A DNA stretch of 64,000 nt, taken from Octopus vulgaris. Taxonomy: Eukaryota. A model generated the notes under the pieces. That model saw only the letters and a program-made list of their open reading frames with translations. It was not told the origin of the DNA and did no database searches. Position numbers and translations under genes: made by a program. Each line of letters starts with the position of its first letter. The stretch's first letter is position 1. The stretch is taken from positions 2,728,001 to 2,792,000 of the forward strand of contig OX597830.1 in NCBI GenBank assembly GCA_951406725.2, read 5' to 3'. Positions 60,059 through 64,000 of the stretch are shown here, piece after piece.

Positions 60059-61698
60059 AACAACAACAGCAATAATAATAATAATAGAAAAGATGATGTT
60101 GATGATGATAATGCTGATGAGAATAGATTTTATTTTTTTTCACTTATTTCATATTATAATATAATCTATTGAAAATCTTTATCTCATGATTGATTTTCTC
60201 ATTGAGTCAAAAATCTGAAATATGTTCTCAGCCAATGAACTTTATTTATTAGTCAGCAACGTGTATGAATATTAAAAGAAGATATGGCTTTCAGTTTTGA
60301 ATCCTCTCAAAATACATTCACAGATAATCCTATGAAGCTAAGAAGAACAAGAGAATCAAAGCCTTGTAAGGCCTCCTTTCTTACGGATTAGCAGATTATC
60401 ATCCCATCACAGATGCTGTCAGGATTTGATAAAACATTACAAAGCATACATCACAGTGAAACTCTACAATATACTGCAAATATTTAGCACAAAGAGACAA
60501 AACAGAGCACTCACTGTTATTAAGTTGCCATCGGTCAGCTCCGCTCAAAAGTACTTTCAGTTTTGACCATCTCGTCAGTTTTCTTTACCAGTGCAGTTTA
60601 TCTATGGCCATATTCAATATGTCCGACATTTTTCTGAAAATAGTAGGATTCGATGTGAGGTGGATATAGCTGATATTTTTGGCAGGTTGGTTGGCTAAGC
60701 ATGGAAAGCAACAAAGAACTGATATATTTGTTTATTATTTGGGATTTTGAAGCACCAATATATTTCTATGTTGTAGGAGCAGTTTCTCCATGTTTCAATA
60801 GCAGGGAACAAAATACTTCTGTGGTGTAAGAGAAGCTCAGCTGCTTCTGGGATATAAACAAATACGATTCCAGTCTGTCTTATCTTGTAAATAACAGACT
60901 ATCCCATAGAATGGTCTTGGCATCACTTTCATTGATGAACATTCCACTTGTGAAATCACATTGACTTTATAATTAGTGAAGTAATTAGTAGCATAATTAC
61001 TGAAGTATGCAAATAAGCATTAATTAGTTAATATAATCATTGAAATGAGAAGAAAAAGAAAATATAAATCAGTTTAAAAGAGAAATGGGGGATAACTCCA
61101 GCATTCTATTCTCACAACTGATCTTAAAAATATTTGAGTGAAACATGTTCTTTCTCCTTACTGTAAACAACTGAAAGTTAATGCTCAGAGATGTGGTACA
61201 TTAGTTGTAGTAGTTATAGCTGTCCAGTGGTCCAACACCTAAACTCACTGCTACTGTACCTCAGTTATTTAACACAAGTACCTGACAAATATGATGTTTT
61301 CAGTAATTTTTGATATCTTTCCTTCAGTTCTTACCCCATTTTCTTGTGCTTCATTTTGTCTTCCTTTAGGGACCTATTTCTTTCCCTCTCACCTACTTAT
61401 TTATTTATCAATCTAATTCACTTCTAATAATTCTTCTTTTTTGTCTCTTTCTCCTTTTTCAGCATAGCCAATACTTTCTCTTACCATCATCACAGAAAGG
61501 CAGAATTCAACCAACAAAAATTGACATGTGACTTGACATTTTATATATTTAGATTATTTAAACATCATTCAGTAAGAAAAAATTATTTGTATATTTGTTT
61601 AATTTTTTAATTCTTTTTAAAAGAAAAAAAAATGATTTCTTCCATGTACAGAATGGAACCTGCTACAGGTTTTGTGAGGAACCAATATGCTTGAGTTA

Positions 61699-61735
<37 letters not shown>

Positions 61736-61884
61736 TGTGTGTGAGTGTGCATGTGTGTATGTGAGCATGCATGTGTGTGTGTGTGTGCATGTGTGTGTAG
61801 GGAGTAGTTAATCCTACTTAGATGGGATTTGAACTAAAATATATTTTGTATCCAAGCTGTCAATCTCTGAACAACGGTAGCTAT

Positions 61885-61924
<40 letters not shown>

Positions 61925-62227
61925 AAGAGAGATGGGGAGGGGAAGAGAGAGAGAAATAGAGGGGTTGAGGAAAGAGACAATGAAAGAGCAAAAGAAGGAG
62001 AGATAAGCGGGAGGGAAGCTGTATTGCCGTTCCTTTTGTCATATCTGAAATCATGACAGCATGCAAGAAAAAAAAAATGAAAAGAAAAATTCAGATTTGA
62101 TGATGTTGTTGATGATAATGATGATGACAACTGTGGTGGCAGTGATGCTAAAAGTGATGATGATGATGATGACAACCTCTCTTCCTACCAACATCATCAT
62201 CAGTGACTTGATAGTTTTTAAATACTA

Positions 62228-62465
62228 GTGATGGTGGTGGTGGTGGTGGTGGTGGTGGTGGTGGTGGTGGTGGTGGTGGTGATGGAGATAGTGGCACTGA
62301 GATGATGTGGAGGATGCTGGTGACGATGTAGTAGAGGTTGAAGATAACGGCAGTGGTAGTGGAAATGGTGGTGGTGGTGGTGGTGGAGGTTGCAGTGGTG
62401 GGGAGGATGGTAATAGTGACAATGGTGGTGATGGTGGTGGTGGGAATGCTGATGGCAGTGATAAC
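62228..62465. repeat. (GGT)n-rich trinucleotide tract
   Basis: Direct reading. Confidence 0.95.
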
Positions 62466-63096
62466 AGCAAATCTTCCTCAGCAGTTTATGTTCTGCACGC
62501 ATGTGGATTTAGATCAATGTCTATTTTGTTAACTCAGCAGAAAGTGTTTGCAGAGTTTCATGCAAGAAGGATTCCAACCGATATATCCAACCTTTTGCTG
62601 CCAGTAAGTCAAACACCAAAATTATAATCTAACAAAGATGATCTCAAAAATAAAAATAAAAGAAAAATTAAATTAAAGAATAAACTAAAAATGCAATAAA
62701 AAAATAAAAATGAAAAAAATTAAATAAAATTGAAATAAAAGTAAAATAAAAATAAAACAATAAAAATTAAAATAGAATGAAAATAAAATAAATCTTGTTG
62801 CAGTTTTGTTGTTTGCGCAAAGAAATGTCCAGAAGTGTTTATGAATAAATTTTGCTTTAATTAAGATTACTGTTATATTATTACATTAACATTTTTTGCG
62901 ATGTAACTCTTTATTTCCTTCAAGTTATTTATGTTTTTCATTTTAACGATCTACATTTATTTTTATCCCGACCCTATCTCTGTCCTTCCCTCAAACAGAC
63001 GTATCTTTTATCTATTTAGCTTCTTTCTTTCTTTCTTTCTTTCCTTCTTTCTCTCCTTTCCTAAATGTTAGAACTATTTTACAATATGGTGAATGG

Positions 63097-63805
<709 letters not shown>

Positions 63806-64000
63806 TGTATATTTGGGGTAGAAGTAACATTTGATTTACAACAACGAAACAACAAAAACAAAAAACAGCAGAAAATTTCAGTGAGAATTTGATGAAAGAT
63901 AAAAAGATAAATAAAATAAAATGAAACACCAACGCAAAGACACACCCACACATGCACACACATACACACACACATATTCACATTGTCACTTACACACATA

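Overview
AT-rich, repeat-dense eukaryotic DNA with no intact protein-coding gene or long functional ORF. The SINE/RTE repertoire and dense microsatellites resemble an octopus (coleoid cephalopod) intron or intergenic region; this is an inference. Content: several truncated or deleted RTE-clade LINEs with (GAT)n tails, a CR1-type LINE fragment, two tRNA-derived SINE families, Tc1/mariner, Tigger and hAT relics, three non-autonomous Helitrons or Helitron ends, and many microsatellites. The most notable signals are: (i) a family of small non-coding elements carrying minimal hammerhead ribozyme motifs (Penelope/retrozyme-like), whose shared module occurs as a 361-bp-period direct repeat, as an inverted repeat and as a perfect 113-bp hairpin; (ii) further independent hammerhead motifs; (iii) many long fold-back palindromes; (iv) a PHD-like zinc finger embedded in the RTE reverse transcriptase and a variable 67-bp hairpin array in its 3'UTR; (v) candidate host micro-exons. 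Coordinates were read by eye and the boundaries of old repeats are approximate.
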